Origin: Raphidiopsis brookii D9
Lineage (GTDB): Bacteria > Cyanobacteriota > Cyanobacteriia > Cyanobacteriales > Nostocaceae
Assembly: GCA_000175855.1 (NCBI GenBank)
Contig: ACYB01000006.1
Span: 1 to 32,000 of the forward strand
Reading direction: 5' to 3'
DNA: 32,000 nucleotides
Shown: piece after piece, positions 9,405 to 18,736 of the stretch
Numbering within the stretch: the first letter of the stretch is position 1
Layout of the letters: every line of letters begins with the position of its first letter
Position numbers and translations under genes: made by a program
Notes under the pieces: generated by a model
What the model was told of the DNA's origin: nothing
Databases searched by the model: none
What the model saw: only the letters and a program-made list of their open reading frames with translations

Positions 9405-11006
9405 TTACTGTTTAATTAGAGCTAAATATTCTTCTCGGAAATACCGCAAGGTACTAAAAACAGGATTGGGTGCAGACTGACCTAACCCGCATAAACTAGT
9501 ATATTTCACCATGTCGCATAATTCTTCCAACAGATGTAAATCATTTTGTGTTCCCTTTCCCTTACTAATTCTGGTTAATAAATCATGGAGTTGCACCGTT
9601 CCCACCCTACAGGGAATACATTTACCGCAGGACTCATCCATACAAAATTCCATAAAGAATCGTGCCACATCTACCATATTAGTACTTTGATCCATCACAA
9701 TCATTCCCCCAGAACCCATCATAGAACCCAAAGCAGATAAGGATTCATAATCTACAGGAGTGGTAAATGCTGATGCAGGTATACACCCTCCCGATGGTCC
9801 ACCTGTTTGTACCGCTTTGGCCATACCCCCATCGGGAATACCACCCCCCATTTGTTCCACAATTTCCCCTAGGGTTGTCCCCATGGGAACTTCAATTAAA
9901 CCTGTATTCCGGATTTTACCTGCTAAGGCAAAAACCTTTGTCCCTTTACTTTTCTCTGTGCCAATATTAGCAAACCATTCCGCACCATTTCTGATAATAG
10001 GAGCGATATTAGCAAAGGTTTCTACGTTATTAATTAATGTAGGGTAACCCCATAAACCTGATTCAGCAGGGTATGGAGGACGCGGATGGGGAACACCACG
10101 TTTACCTTCAATTGAAGCCATTAATGCGGTTTCTTCACCACAAACATAAGCACCTGCACCAATGCGAATTTCTATTTTAAAATCGAAAGGTGATTCAAAA
10201 ATATTTGTTCCTAATACCCCCAACCTTTGTGCTTGACGAATGGCAGTTTCTAGACGTTTAATCGCAATGGGGTATTCCGCTCTGACATAAATATAACCTT
10301 GATTAGCACCAATGGAATAAGCGGCGATCGCCATTCCTTCCAGGACTCGATGGGGATCACTTTCTAACACACTACGATCCATGAATGCACCTGGATCTCC
10401 CTCATCCGCATTGCAAATCACGAATTTTTTTGCCCCTGATGATTTAGCTACTGTTCCCCATTTTAACCCTGTGGGATATCCAGCACCACCTCTTCCCCTT
10501 AATCCACTTTTAGTAATAACTTCTACTACTTCTGTGGGTTTCATTTCTCGCAGTACTTGGTAGAGAGCTTGATAACCATTAGCTGCAATATAAGATTGAA
10601 TTCTTTCTGGATCTACCCGACCACTATTTTCTAAAACAATGGGCAATTGTTTAGTAAAAAACGGATGCTGTAAATCTTGCCGTTTTAAATTTGTGTTTTT
10701 TCCCTTGATAGAATCAATTACCTTTGGCGCATCCTGGGGCGTTACTTGTTGATAAAGTGTTATTTTATCACTTTTATTCTCATCTATTTCCACTAAGGGA
10801 CCCTGACAACAAAGGCGCATGCAACCCACACCCACCACTTCCACCTGCTGTTCCAAACCTGCTGCTTTAATCGATGTCAATAAATTTTCCTTCACTGCTT
10901 GAGAACCAGAAGACAAGCAACCTGCAGCAGTGCAACAGCGAATTTGTATAGGTTTAGTCTGAGAATTTTCTGCCCTAGCAATCTCCAATAATTCATGTAG
11001 TTCCAT
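9405..11006 (-). CDS. hoxF: Hydrogenase diaphorase subunit HoxF (NAD(P)H- and FMN-binding, NuoF-like)
   Basis: 533 aa containing [13 protein letters not shown] (FMN/NADH site), [11 protein letters not shown] and the 4Fe-4S motif [10 protein letters not shown]. Confidence 0.95.
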   Translation of the reverse strand: MELHELLEIARAENSQTKPIQIRCCTAAGCLSSGSQAVKENLLTSIKAAGLEQQVEVVGVGCMRLCCQGPLVEIDENKSDKITLYQQVTPQDAPKVIDSIKGKNTNLKRQDLQHPFFTKQLPIVLENSGRVDPERIQSYIAANGYQALYQVLREMKPTEVVEVITKSGLRGRGGAGYPTGLKWGTVAKSSGAKKFVICNADEGDPGAFMDRSVLESDPHRVLEGMAIAAYSIGANQGYIYVRAEYPIAIKRLETAIRQAQRLGVLGTNIFESPFDFKIEIRIGAGAYVCGEETALMASIEGKRGVPHPRPPYPAESGLWGYPTLINNVETFANIAPIIRNGAEWFANIGTEKSKGTKVFALAGKIRNTGLIEVPMGTTLGEIVEQMGGGIPDGGMAKAVQTGGPSGGCIPASAFTTPVDYESLSALGSMMGSGGMIVMDQSTNMVDVARFFMEFCMDESCGKCIPCRVGTVQLHDLLTRISKGKGTQNDLHLLEELCDMVKYTSLCGLGQSAPNPVFSTLRYFREEYLALIKQ

Positions 11007-11505
11007 GTTGCCATTCCCCCACTTTTTTACAGACTGATTGTGCAGTTTGATTACCTAAAACCTCACCATCAAACACCACTGCTGGTGCAATACCACAAGC
11101 ACCTAAACATCTGGCAGTCATTACAGAAACTTCTCCGTCTGGTGTGGTATCTCCCGCTTTAATTTGGATGAATGTTTCCAGAGCAGTTAAAATCGCTTGT
11201 GATCCTTTCACATAACAAGCTGTACCTGTACAAACTACACAATTATGTTTACCTTTTGGTGCCAAGGAAAATAAATGGTAAAATGTTGCTACTCCATATA
11301 CCCGACTAGGTGGCAATTTTAACTCACGGGCGATATACAGCAGTAAATCTAATTCTAAATACCCAAATAATTCCGTTGCTCGATGAAGAATTTCAATCAA
11401 TGCATCTTGTTGATATTGACAGCGTTTGATGGCTGTATCCAACATTCTCAAACGTTTGTCCCCACGCTCAATATGATTGACGCGAACTGGAACTGTGGTT
11501 TTCAT
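10993..11505 (-). CDS. hoxE: Hydrogenase diaphorase subunit HoxE (2Fe-2S, NuoE-like)
   Basis: 170 aa with the NuoE-type Cys pattern ([13 protein letters not shown] ... [11 protein letters not shown]). It overlaps the hoxF start by 14 nt and the upstream usp stop by 4 nt (ATGA). Confidence 0.93.
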   Translation of the reverse strand: MKTTVPVRVNHIERGDKRLRMLDTAIKRCQYQQDALIEILHRATELFGYLELDLLLYIARELKLPPSRVYGVATFYHLFSLAPKGKHNCVVCTGTACYVKGSQAILTALETFIQIKAGDTTPDGEVSVMTARCLGACGIAPAVVFDGEVLGNQTAQSVCKKVGEWQHGTT

Positions 11506-12005
11506 GATTTCTTATCAGGATGGTGGACAATATGTACAGAACAGGGTGCATGGTGCAACACATAATTACTTACACTACCCATAAAAAACTCGGTGATTTT
11601 AGAAACTCCTCGTCTCCCAATGATGATTAAATCCGCACTCCACGCTCCAGCGACTTGACAAATCACCTTACCTGGATTTCCCACATTCTGGGAAAACTCG
11701 GTTTTAATATTTTCTGTATTTGCCCGCGCACAAAAACTTTGCAACATCTCCAAACCTTCTTCTTTATAGGCTTCCAATTTCTTCAAATAAATTCCCATGC
11801 TTTCATCAGTCCAAGCTGGATAGTAATCAATCTGAGAAAACATCATAGTATCCGGAATGCCATCCTCCTCTGGGGATAAAACATGTATTAGCATTAACTG
11901 AGCTGATGTTAATTTCGCTAAGTTGAGTGCTTGTTGAAATACTTCTTCTCCTGTGTTAGAAAGGTCTAACCCCACCAAAATTTTACTAAGCATTGATGCC
12001 TCCAT
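11502..12005 (-). CDS. Universal stress protein (UspA family), first gene of the hox transcription unit
   Basis: UspA fold motifs are present: KILVGLD, ADLIIIGRRG, GSVSNYVLHHAPCSV. The more likely start is the ATG at 11993 (MLSKILV), which is preceded by GGAGG-N5; 12005 is the longest ORF. Confidence 0.85.
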   Translation of the reverse strand: MEASMLSKILVGLDLSNTGEEVFQQALNLAKLTSAQLMLIHVLSPEEDGIPDTMMFSQIDYYPAWTDESMGIYLKKLEAYKEEGLEMLQSFCARANTENIKTEFSQNVGNPGKVICQVAGAWSADLIIIGRRGVSKITEFFMGSVSNYVLHHAPCSVHIVHHPDKKS

Positions 12006-12426
12006 TGTTACTTATTAACCATTACAAAGTACTCTTTTATGGTCTTTTGGTTCCTGTTTGTCACAAGATGTAGGTTTCCTTTATAATTCTTAGCACTTAT
12101 CTTTACAATTCGTTAATTTTTAACTCCTAGCTTGGGATCTAGGTCTACACTTATGGTTGTAGCTAAACAATGTGAGGAACTTGTGAGGGAATTATGGTTA
12201 GGGGAATAAATATTTTAACCATCCATGACTGTAAATGTTCCCAGATCTAGATCAAGCCATTTGGTGATGATTCTACCTCTTCTGTACTTCTTAGTTATTA
12301 TGCCCATTTTTAGTCGGTTTGCTCTATATCTAAAAGTTGATATCTGTCCTTTATTGTTTGTCGAGCTTTAATAATTAGGTTACACATATTTGTATATTTA
12401 TTTACTTCTAAAAGGAAATTTTTGAC

Positions 12427-15400
12427 ATGAAGATTTTAGTAGTTGAGGATGATGCGCTAATTGCATGTACGCTGAGTAATTTTCTCACATACCAGAACTA
12501 TGCTGTAGAAGTGGCAAATGATGGTAAAACTGCTTGGGATTTGGTAGAAACTTATGAATATGATCTAATACTACTAGATATTGTTTTGCCCAAACTAGAT
12601 GGAATTAGCTTATGTAAAAAAATTCGTTCTAGTGGTCGGCGAGTGCCAATTTTATTATTGACAGGGCGTGATAGTTCTCACGATAAAGCTATTGGTTTAG
12701 ATGCTGGTGCGGATGATTATGTAGTGAAACCTTGTGATGAAGAAGAATTGGTAGCTCGTGTAAGAGCCTTATTAAGACGTGGTGGTGTTACTTCCCAACC
12801 TGTATTAGAGTGGGGTGGTTTGCGATTAGACCCTAGTAGTTGTGAAGTTACATATCAACAAGATCAACTTTCACTCACCCCAAAAGAATATGCTTTACTA
12901 GAACTTTTGATGCGAAATAATCGTCGGGTATTTAGCTGTGGAATGATTTTAGATCATCTTTGGTCTTATGAAGACACACCGGGGGAAGACGCTGTGCGGA
13001 CTCATATTAAGGGTTTAAGAATGAAGTTAAAAGCAGCGGGCGCACCTCATGATTTAGTGGAAACAGTTTATGGTATTGGATATCGTCTAAAGCCACAAGA
13101 AAATGACCATGATGACAACCATGAATTAAATCATCAATCAAAAAATGAGCGAACAATTGGGAAACTTGAAGAAATTTGGCAACGATTTCGTGGTAGAATA
13201 GAAGAGCAAGTTTCTATTATAGAACGAGCTGCACAAAATATTGCCAATTGCCAAGAAACTTTTAATTTAGAACTATTACTGCAAGCAACTAGAGAAGCAC
13301 ATACTTTGGCAGGTTCTCTGGGGACATTTGGCTTACCTTATGCTTCCGAATTGGCAAAAAAAATTGAGAATTTATTCCAATCCTCTGCTAACTCAACAGG
13401 AGCAGAAATGATTAATCTACAACCTAAATTACAAACTTGGGTCAAATCACTAAAGCAAGAAATTGATAGGAAAAATCAGCAAATTAATGCTCCTAATAAT
13501 AGTCAAAAAGAACTGACATTATCTCCTAGAAAAAACATTGATAATGAAATCGCATCAACAGTCAACAAAATCAAAATATTAGTGGTAGATGATGATTTAA
13601 AAACCCTAGAGTTATTACAGGTACTGTTAACTCCTTGGGGACTAGAAATAGTTACCCTTAATTATCCGGAGCAGTTTTGGAGTACTTGGGAAAAAATTCA
13701 CCCTGATATGTTAATCTTAGACATTGAAATGCCTGGTATGAGTGGGATTGAATTATGTAAAATGATTCGTAGTCATGACCAAGGTAGGGAAGTACCAATT
13801 TTATTTTTAACAGTTCATAGCAATGCAGAAATTGTCAATCAGGTATTTAGTGTGGGAGCTGATGATTTTGTTAGTAAACCAATTATTATCTCTGAGCTAG
13901 TCAATCGTATTCTGAATCGCTTGGAAAGAGTGAGATTGCTGAAAATTATGGAGCGGAATCGATACGCAAAGACCAATCAAATTAACGAGAATAACAAATT
14001 TATTGTTGAAAGCTATCATAACTTAGTAGAAGTTTATCCAGAAGCAATCCTCATTGTTAGTCAAGATGATTTGGTGTTCGTTAACAGTGCTGCAGTTCGC
14101 TTACTGGGAGTTAACTCAGCAGGAGAACTATTAGGTAAAAAATTTATAGAATTTGTCCATCCACAACACAGGGAAGAAATTGAAGAAAACCTAAAATCCC
14201 TGAAAACAAATCAAAGATTGATTCCTCTACAGGAAGTCAAATTTTTACAAGCGGATGGCAGAATAATTTATGTAGAAACGGTTGGCGCATTTCTCACTTA
14301 CCAAAATCAACCAGCAGCACAAATTGTCGCACGTGATATTACCAGACGTAAGCAGACAGAATTAGCATTGCGCAAAACTAAAGATGAACTAGAATTGAGA
14401 GTTAATCAACGTACATCTGAGTTAATTAATGTCAATCACCAATTGCAATCACAACTGGATGAACAAAAACGTACTCAAGACGCTTTGAGGATTTCAGAAA
14501 ATCGGTTTGAAGCAATTTTAAGTATTGCAGACGATGCAATTATTTCTATTGATAATAGTCAAGGGATTACCTTATTTAATCAAGGTGCAGAAAAGATTTT
14601 TGGTTATACTGCTGAGGAAGTTTTAGGAAAAAAGCTAGATTTATTATTGCCCACACGCTTTGCCCAGGAACATCGTAATCACGTATCCACATTTGGCAAA
14701 TCTTCTGCTCACGCTCGCAGAATGGGAGAAAGACAAGAAATATTTGGTTGTCGCAAAGATGGGTCAGAATTTCCTGCAGAAGCTTCAATTTCTAAGTTAG
14801 ATCTTGGTCCAGAATCTGTGTACACGGTGATATTGCGAGATATAACTGAGCGCAAGCAAGTGGAAAAAATGAAGGATGAATTTGTCTCTGTTGTTAGTCA
14901 TGAGTTGCGGACTCCTTTGACATCCATTCATGGTTCTTTAGGAATGTTGACCAGTGGGTTACTCTCTACTACTTCAGAACAGGGTAAACGCTTGCTGCAA
15001 ATTGCCACCGATAGTACGGAGCGATTAGTTAGATTAATTAATGATATTCTGGATATTGAACGCATTGAGTCGGGTAAGGTCAAAATGGAACGCGAAAATT
15101 GTGATTTGCGAGACTTGATCAACTCAGCTATCAATATCATGCAAGCTTTAGCGGATAAAGCAGGTGTCAGTTTATCTATTCAAAACTCTAATAGCTCATC
15201 TAATAGTTCATCTATTCAATTATGGGCAGATCCAGATCGGATAATTCAAACTTTAACTAATTTGTTCAGCAATGCGATTAAGTTTTCAGAACCAGGATCC
15301 ACGGTTTATTTGATGACAGAATTACAGAAAGACCAGGTATTGGTAACTGTGCAAGATACTGGAAGAGGTATACCAGAAGATAAATTGGAGAGTATTTTTG

Positions 15401-16416
15401 AGCGGTTTCAACAGGTGGACTCTTCTGATTCTCGCAATCATGATGGTACTGGCTTGGGTCTGGCAATTTGTAAGAGTATTGTTCAACAACATGGGGGCAA
15501 AATTTGGGTCAAAAGTGTCTTGGGCCAAGGCAGCAGTTTTTATTTTACTCTGCCAATTTTAACTGGTTATGATAGATCCAATTTACAGGGTTTGGTCACC
15601 GATCAATTAGACTATGAAACACCCCTAATTACTGATGATAATTCTCCTTTAGTGTTGGTTTGTGATGATGATCCAATCACTCGCCAAGAATTAAAAAATC
15701 TCCTACTACAGGGTGGATATCGCGTACTTACAGTAGATAGTGGTGACCAGGCGATCGCTCAAGCAGTTATTCAACATCCAGATGTGATTTTATTAGATTT
15801 AGTTATGCCAGGAATGAATGGTTGGGAAACCATGGCTGGATTGAAAAAATGTTCAGATACTAAAGATATACCAATTGTTATTTGTAGTGTCTATAAATCA
15901 AGTCAAAACAATCCTAACCGTCAAGAAGATACCAATGCTGAAAGTGTCAAGTTTGCTGATTGGTTAAGTAAACCAGTGGAAGAAACGGACCTGTTAAATT
16001 CTCTCAGAAAGGTCGTATCTGAACCCTCAAAAAGGCTGAAGATATTAATTATTGAAGATGATCATGACCTAGCAGATCTTTTGGCAACCTTGTTTGATAG
16101 ACATGATATTGAAACCTTCATTGCCAAAACTGGTAGGGAGGCAATTCATCTGAGTCAAAAGGTTAATCCTGACCTACTAATTCTGGATTTGATCCTCCCA
16201 GAAGCTGATGGTTTTACGGTTGTTGATTGGTTGAAGCAACATGATCAACTGTTTAGTATTCCCGTGGTTGTCTATTCTGCAAAAGACCTGGACGATTCAG
16301 AACGTCATCGGTTAAAATTGGGACATACGGAGTTTTTTACCAAGGGGAGGGTCACTATTCAGGAGTTTGAGCAACGAGTTATGGACCTGTTACAGAGAAT
16401 TACAACTAAGCAATAA
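12427..16416 (+). CDS. Multidomain phosphorelay protein: OmpR-type response regulator (REC + winged helix) - HPt - REC - PAS - PAS - HisKA - HATPase_c - REC - REC
   Basis: 1329 aa. REC1 is aa 2-116 (D51, K101) and the wHTH is aa 128-222 (YGIGYRL). HPt is around aa 245-345 with H292 in AHTLAGSLGTFG (nt 13300-13302). REC2 is aa 383-498 (D432). PAS regions lie at about 525-640 and 690-808, separated by a coiled coil. HisKA has H825 in SHELRTPL (nt 14899-14901), and the HATPase has DTGRGIP and GTGLGLAI. REC3 is aa 1075-1195 (D1124) and REC4 is aa 1205-1322 (D1254). Confidence 0.9.
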   Translation: MKILVVEDDALIACTLSNFLTYQNYAVEVANDGKTAWDLVETYEYDLILLDIVLPKLDGISLCKKIRSSGRRVPILLLTGRDSSHDKAIGLDAGADDYVVKPCDEEELVARVRALLRRGGVTSQPVLEWGGLRLDPSSCEVTYQQDQLSLTPKEYALLELLMRNNRRVFSCGMILDHLWSYEDTPGEDAVRTHIKGLRMKLKAAGAPHDLVETVYGIGYRLKPQENDHDDNHELNHQSKNERTIGKLEEIWQRFRGRIEEQVSIIERAAQNIANCQETFNLELLLQATREAHTLAGSLGTFGLPYASELAKKIENLFQSSANSTGAEMINLQPKLQTWVKSLKQEIDRKNQQINAPNNSQKELTLSPRKNIDNEIASTVNKIKILVVDDDLKTLELLQVLLTPWGLEIVTLNYPEQFWSTWEKIHPDMLILDIEMPGMSGIELCKMIRSHDQGREVPILFLTVHSNAEIVNQVFSVGADDFVSKPIIISELVNRILNRLERVRLLKIMERNRYAKTNQINENNKFIVESYHNLVEVYPEAILIVSQDDLVFVNSAAVRLLGVNSAGELLGKKFIEFVHPQHREEIEENLKSLKTNQRLIPLQEVKFLQADGRIIYVETVGAFLTYQNQPAAQIVARDITRRKQTELALRKTKDELELRVNQRTSELINVNHQLQSQLDEQKRTQDALRISENRFEAILSIADDAIISIDNSQGITLFNQGAEKIFGYTAEEVLGKKLDLLLPTRFAQEHRNHVSTFGKSSAHARRMGERQEIFGCRKDGSEFPAEASISKLDLGPESVYTVILRDITERKQVEKMKDEFVSVVSHELRTPLTSIHGSLGMLTSGLLSTTSEQGKRLLQIATDSTERLVRLINDILDIERIESGKVKMERENCDLRDLINSAINIMQALADKAGVSLSIQNSNSSSNSSSIQLWADPDRIIQTLTNLFSNAIKFSEPGSTVYLMTELQKDQVLVTVQDTGRGIPEDKLESIFERFQQVDSSDSRNHDGTGLGLAICKSIVQQHGGKIWVKSVLGQGSSFYFTLPILTGYDRSNLQGLVTDQLDYETPLITDDNSPLVLVCDDDPITRQELKNLLLQGGYRVLTVDSGDQAIAQAVIQHPDVILLDLVMPGMNGWETMAGLKKCSDTKDIPIVICSVYKSSQNNPNRQEDTNAESVKFADWLSKPVEETDLLNSLRKVVSEPSKRLKILIIEDDHDLADLLATLFDRHDIETFIAKTGREAIHLSQKVNPDLLILDLILPEADGFTVVDWLKQHDQLFSIPVVVYSAKDLDDSERHRLKLGHTEFFTKGRVTIQEFEQRVMDLLQRITTKQ

Positions 16417-16436
16417 CCAGGGTAAAGTCATAGATT

Positions 16437-16832
16437 ATGAAAAAGCGCATCTTAGTGGTTGATAATGAGCAGTATATTCAAGAAGTGGCTAAAATTTGTT
16501 TAGAAACCGTTGCAGGTTGGGAGGTGCTAACAGCTAGTTCCGGTAAGGAGGGAATCTTGCAAGCTGAGAATCATCAGCCAGATGCAATTCTATTAGACGT
16601 GATGATGCCTGATATGGATGGATTATCAGCTTTTGAAAAACTACAAGCCAATCCAGTAACCCAAACAATACCCGTCATTTTGTTAACTGCAAAAATCCAA
16701 GTTAATGATCGTCGTCGTTATTCCCAGTTAGGTATTAAAAGTGCGATCGCCAAACCATTTAATCCTTTAGAATTAGCTCACCAAGTTGCAGCAGAGTTAG
16801 ATTGGAATTTAGAATGTAACAAGACTAAATGA
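16437..16832 (+). CDS. Single-domain (CheY-like) response regulator
   Basis: 131 aa with a receiver-domain pattern: VVDNE, LLDVMMPDMDG, LTAK, AKPF. It starts 20 nt after the large phosphorelay gene. Confidence 0.9.
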   Translation: MKKRILVVDNEQYIQEVAKICLETVAGWEVLTASSGKEGILQAENHQPDAILLDVMMPDMDGLSAFEKLQANPVTQTIPVILLTAKIQVNDRRRYSQLGIKSAIAKPFNPLELAHQVAAELDWNLECNKTK

Positions 16833-16835
16833 ACT

Positions 16836-17137
16836 ATGATTGTTAATCATAACATTTATATTACTCCAGAAGCATATCTAAAACTAGAAGAACATAGTCA
16901 GGTTAAACATGAGTATATTGACGGAAGCATTTACGCTATGTCCGGTGCCCTGGATGTTCATGTAACCATTTAATTAGTCCTAAAAAACCGCGAGTTGAGT
17001 GCTTCCGCAGGAATGATCAAGGAATTTGGACTTTACAACACTATACAGGTCAACAAACATCATTTTCCTTCCCCACTATTCAATTCCAGGCAAAAATGAC
17101 TGAACTCTATGAAGATGTCAACTTCCAGATCTTATAG
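16836..17137 (+). pseudogene. Uma2-family (DUF820) endonuclease remnant with a large internal deletion
   Basis: Translated by hand. 16836-16973 gives MIVNHNIYITPEAYLKLEEHSQVKHEYIDGSIYAMSG..., which looks like a Uma2 N-terminus. In another frame, 16988-17137 gives PRVECFRRNDQGIWTLQHYTGQQTSFSFPTIQFQAKMTELYEDVNFQIL, which looks like a Uma2 C-terminus. Only 14 nt separate the two pieces, although about half of a typical ~190-aa protein is missing. Confidence 0.6.
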
Positions 17138-17163
17138 ATTGGGTTCAAAAAACCCAACCTAAG

Positions 17164-17808
17164 TCAAATATAATGGCTCAAAATTTCACAAACTTCCTGA
17201 TCACTAGTTTGAGAAAAGTCGTCATACCAAAATCCAATTGCTGAAAAAAACTCAGGAGTCTGTAAACACACTACCTCATCTACCTCTGACTCCAATTCCC
17301 TATAGGTACTTGCTGATGCTACAGGAATTGCTACCACAATTTTGCTGGGCTTTTGCTGTTTAAGAACAGCAATAGCTGCTCTTATAGTCGCACCAGTAGC
17401 AATACCATCATCTACTAAAATGACTGTTTTGTTTTCAACCTTAATTGGTGGAGCATTTCTTCGATAAGTTTGTTCCCGTCGCTTTAGCTCTTCCAGCTCT
17501 TGAGATACAACAGTTTCAATCACATCTCTATCTATTCCTAAGGTGGCAATTACATCACGATTGAATACCCTAACCCCCCCAGCACCAATAGCACCCATAG
17601 CTAATTCTTTTTGTCCGGGCACACCAATCTTTCTGACGATACAAACATCTAGGGGAGCATTCACAGCTTTAGCAATTTCCCAACCTACGGGTACACCACC
17701 ACGGGGTAGCGCTAGTACTAGTAGATTTTCGCAGTTGGCGTAATCTATTAGACTTTCCCCTAACATCTTTCCAGCTTGAATACGATTATGAAATTTCATC
17801 AGCATCAA
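17164..17808 (-). CDS. Phosphoribosyltransferase family protein
   Basis: 214 aa with the PRPP-binding loop VILVDDGIATGATIRAA. The likely true start is the ATG at 17799 (MKFHNRI), 9 nt after AGGAG; 17808 is a TTG. Confidence 0.75.
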   Translation of the reverse strand: MMLMKFHNRIQAGKMLGESLIDYANCENLLVLALPRGGVPVGWEIAKAVNAPLDVCIVRKIGVPGQKELAMGAIGAGGVRVFNRDVIATLGIDRDVIETVVSQELEELKRREQTYRRNAPPIKVENKTVILVDDGIATGATIRAAIAVLKQQKPSKIVVAIPVASASTYRELESEVDEVVCLQTPEFFSAIGFWYDDFSQTSDQEVCEILSHYI

Positions 17809-17988
17809 CTCCTACTACTAGGTCTACCTGGGGGTCTACCTGGGGGTGTGACAATTTCCCACCCTTGAAAGTTGTGGAAAGTTGTTGTTTCCCCCAAAAA
17901 TTATTAGTATGGCTAATATATCTCTAACCTTCTCAGATAAAAACCACAGGGAGTGTAGATTTTACGTCTATCCCCAGGAGTAATTACT

Positions 17989-18477
17989 ATGTTGCATAAA
18001 ATTTTAGTTGCTTTAGAAAATCCGGATCAAAGCCAAAATATATTTGAGCAAGCTCTATTTTTGGCTCAAGTGAGCAGTTCTGAAATCATGCTACTTCATG
18101 TTCTGTCTCCCCTAGAAGATCCCTACCTCAACCCCATATTTCTTCAACCGGAGACTATCTACCCCTCCCTGTATGGAGAAACTATGAACAAGTATATGCA
18201 AGCATGGGATCAACATAAGCAGGAACGACTCAAATGGATCCAATCCCTAATGGAAACTGCCACTGGTAAGGGGGTAAAGGCTGAAATGCTCCAAACCGTT
18301 GGGGATCCAGGTCGTGTCATCTGTGAACAAGCTATAAGCTGGTCTGCTGACCTAATTATTGTGGGACGCAGGGGAAGAAGGGGAATCAGCGAGGTGGTTT
18401 TGGGTAGCGTGAGCAACTATGTTCTACATCATGCTCCCTGCTCAGTCCTCACTATCCAAGGTGCAATTCCTGGTTGA
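17989..18477 (+). CDS. Universal stress protein (UspA family), paralog of 11502-12005
   Basis: 162 aa. KILVALE, ADLIIVGRRGRRG and GSVSNYVLHHAPCSV are shared almost verbatim with the hox-linked Usp. Confidence 0.85.
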   Translation: MLHKILVALENPDQSQNIFEQALFLAQVSSSEIMLLHVLSPLEDPYLNPIFLQPETIYPSLYGETMNKYMQAWDQHKQERLKWIQSLMETATGKGVKAEMLQTVGDPGRVICEQAISWSADLIIVGRRGRRGISEVVLGSVSNYVLHHAPCSVLTIQGAIPG

Positions 18478-18736
18478 TTTTTTGACTCTCCTAATTTTTT
18501 TAATTTTTTTTTAATTTTTCCCACCCCATTAATATGATAAGTGAACAATTGAGCTATATCTACTGGGGAGGAAAATTTTATAAAAACTTTAGTTAAAGAA
18601 AGTAAGCAACAAAAATTAGCCCAAAGGTTTGGTTTGGATAATATTGAAATAAAGACCCTCCTGATTTATAAGTGCTAACTACCAAAATATCACATAACAA
18701 ACTACCAAACATCCCAATTTAAAACTAGAGGTATCA

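Noticed and set aside
6333-11879. Antisense ORFs inside the hox and usp genes (for example 6333-6515, 6827-7096, 8168-8508, 8858-9067, 9760-10047, 10381-10563, 11383-11565, 11655-11879)
   Set aside because: All lie opposite strongly supported conserved genes and have Pro/Ser/Leu-rich shadow-frame composition. These are typical antisense artefacts. The same applies to 14576-15528, 17543-17743, 18210-18416, 20062-20972, 22057-22320, 24085-24294, 25841-26444, 27952-28191, 28570-28879 and 31301-31498.
12025-12045. A LexA box (RGTAC-N3-DGTWCB type) upstream of the hox operon at AAGTACTCTTTTATGGTCT
   Set aside because: Only the AGTAC half matches. The second half-site is not at the required spacing.
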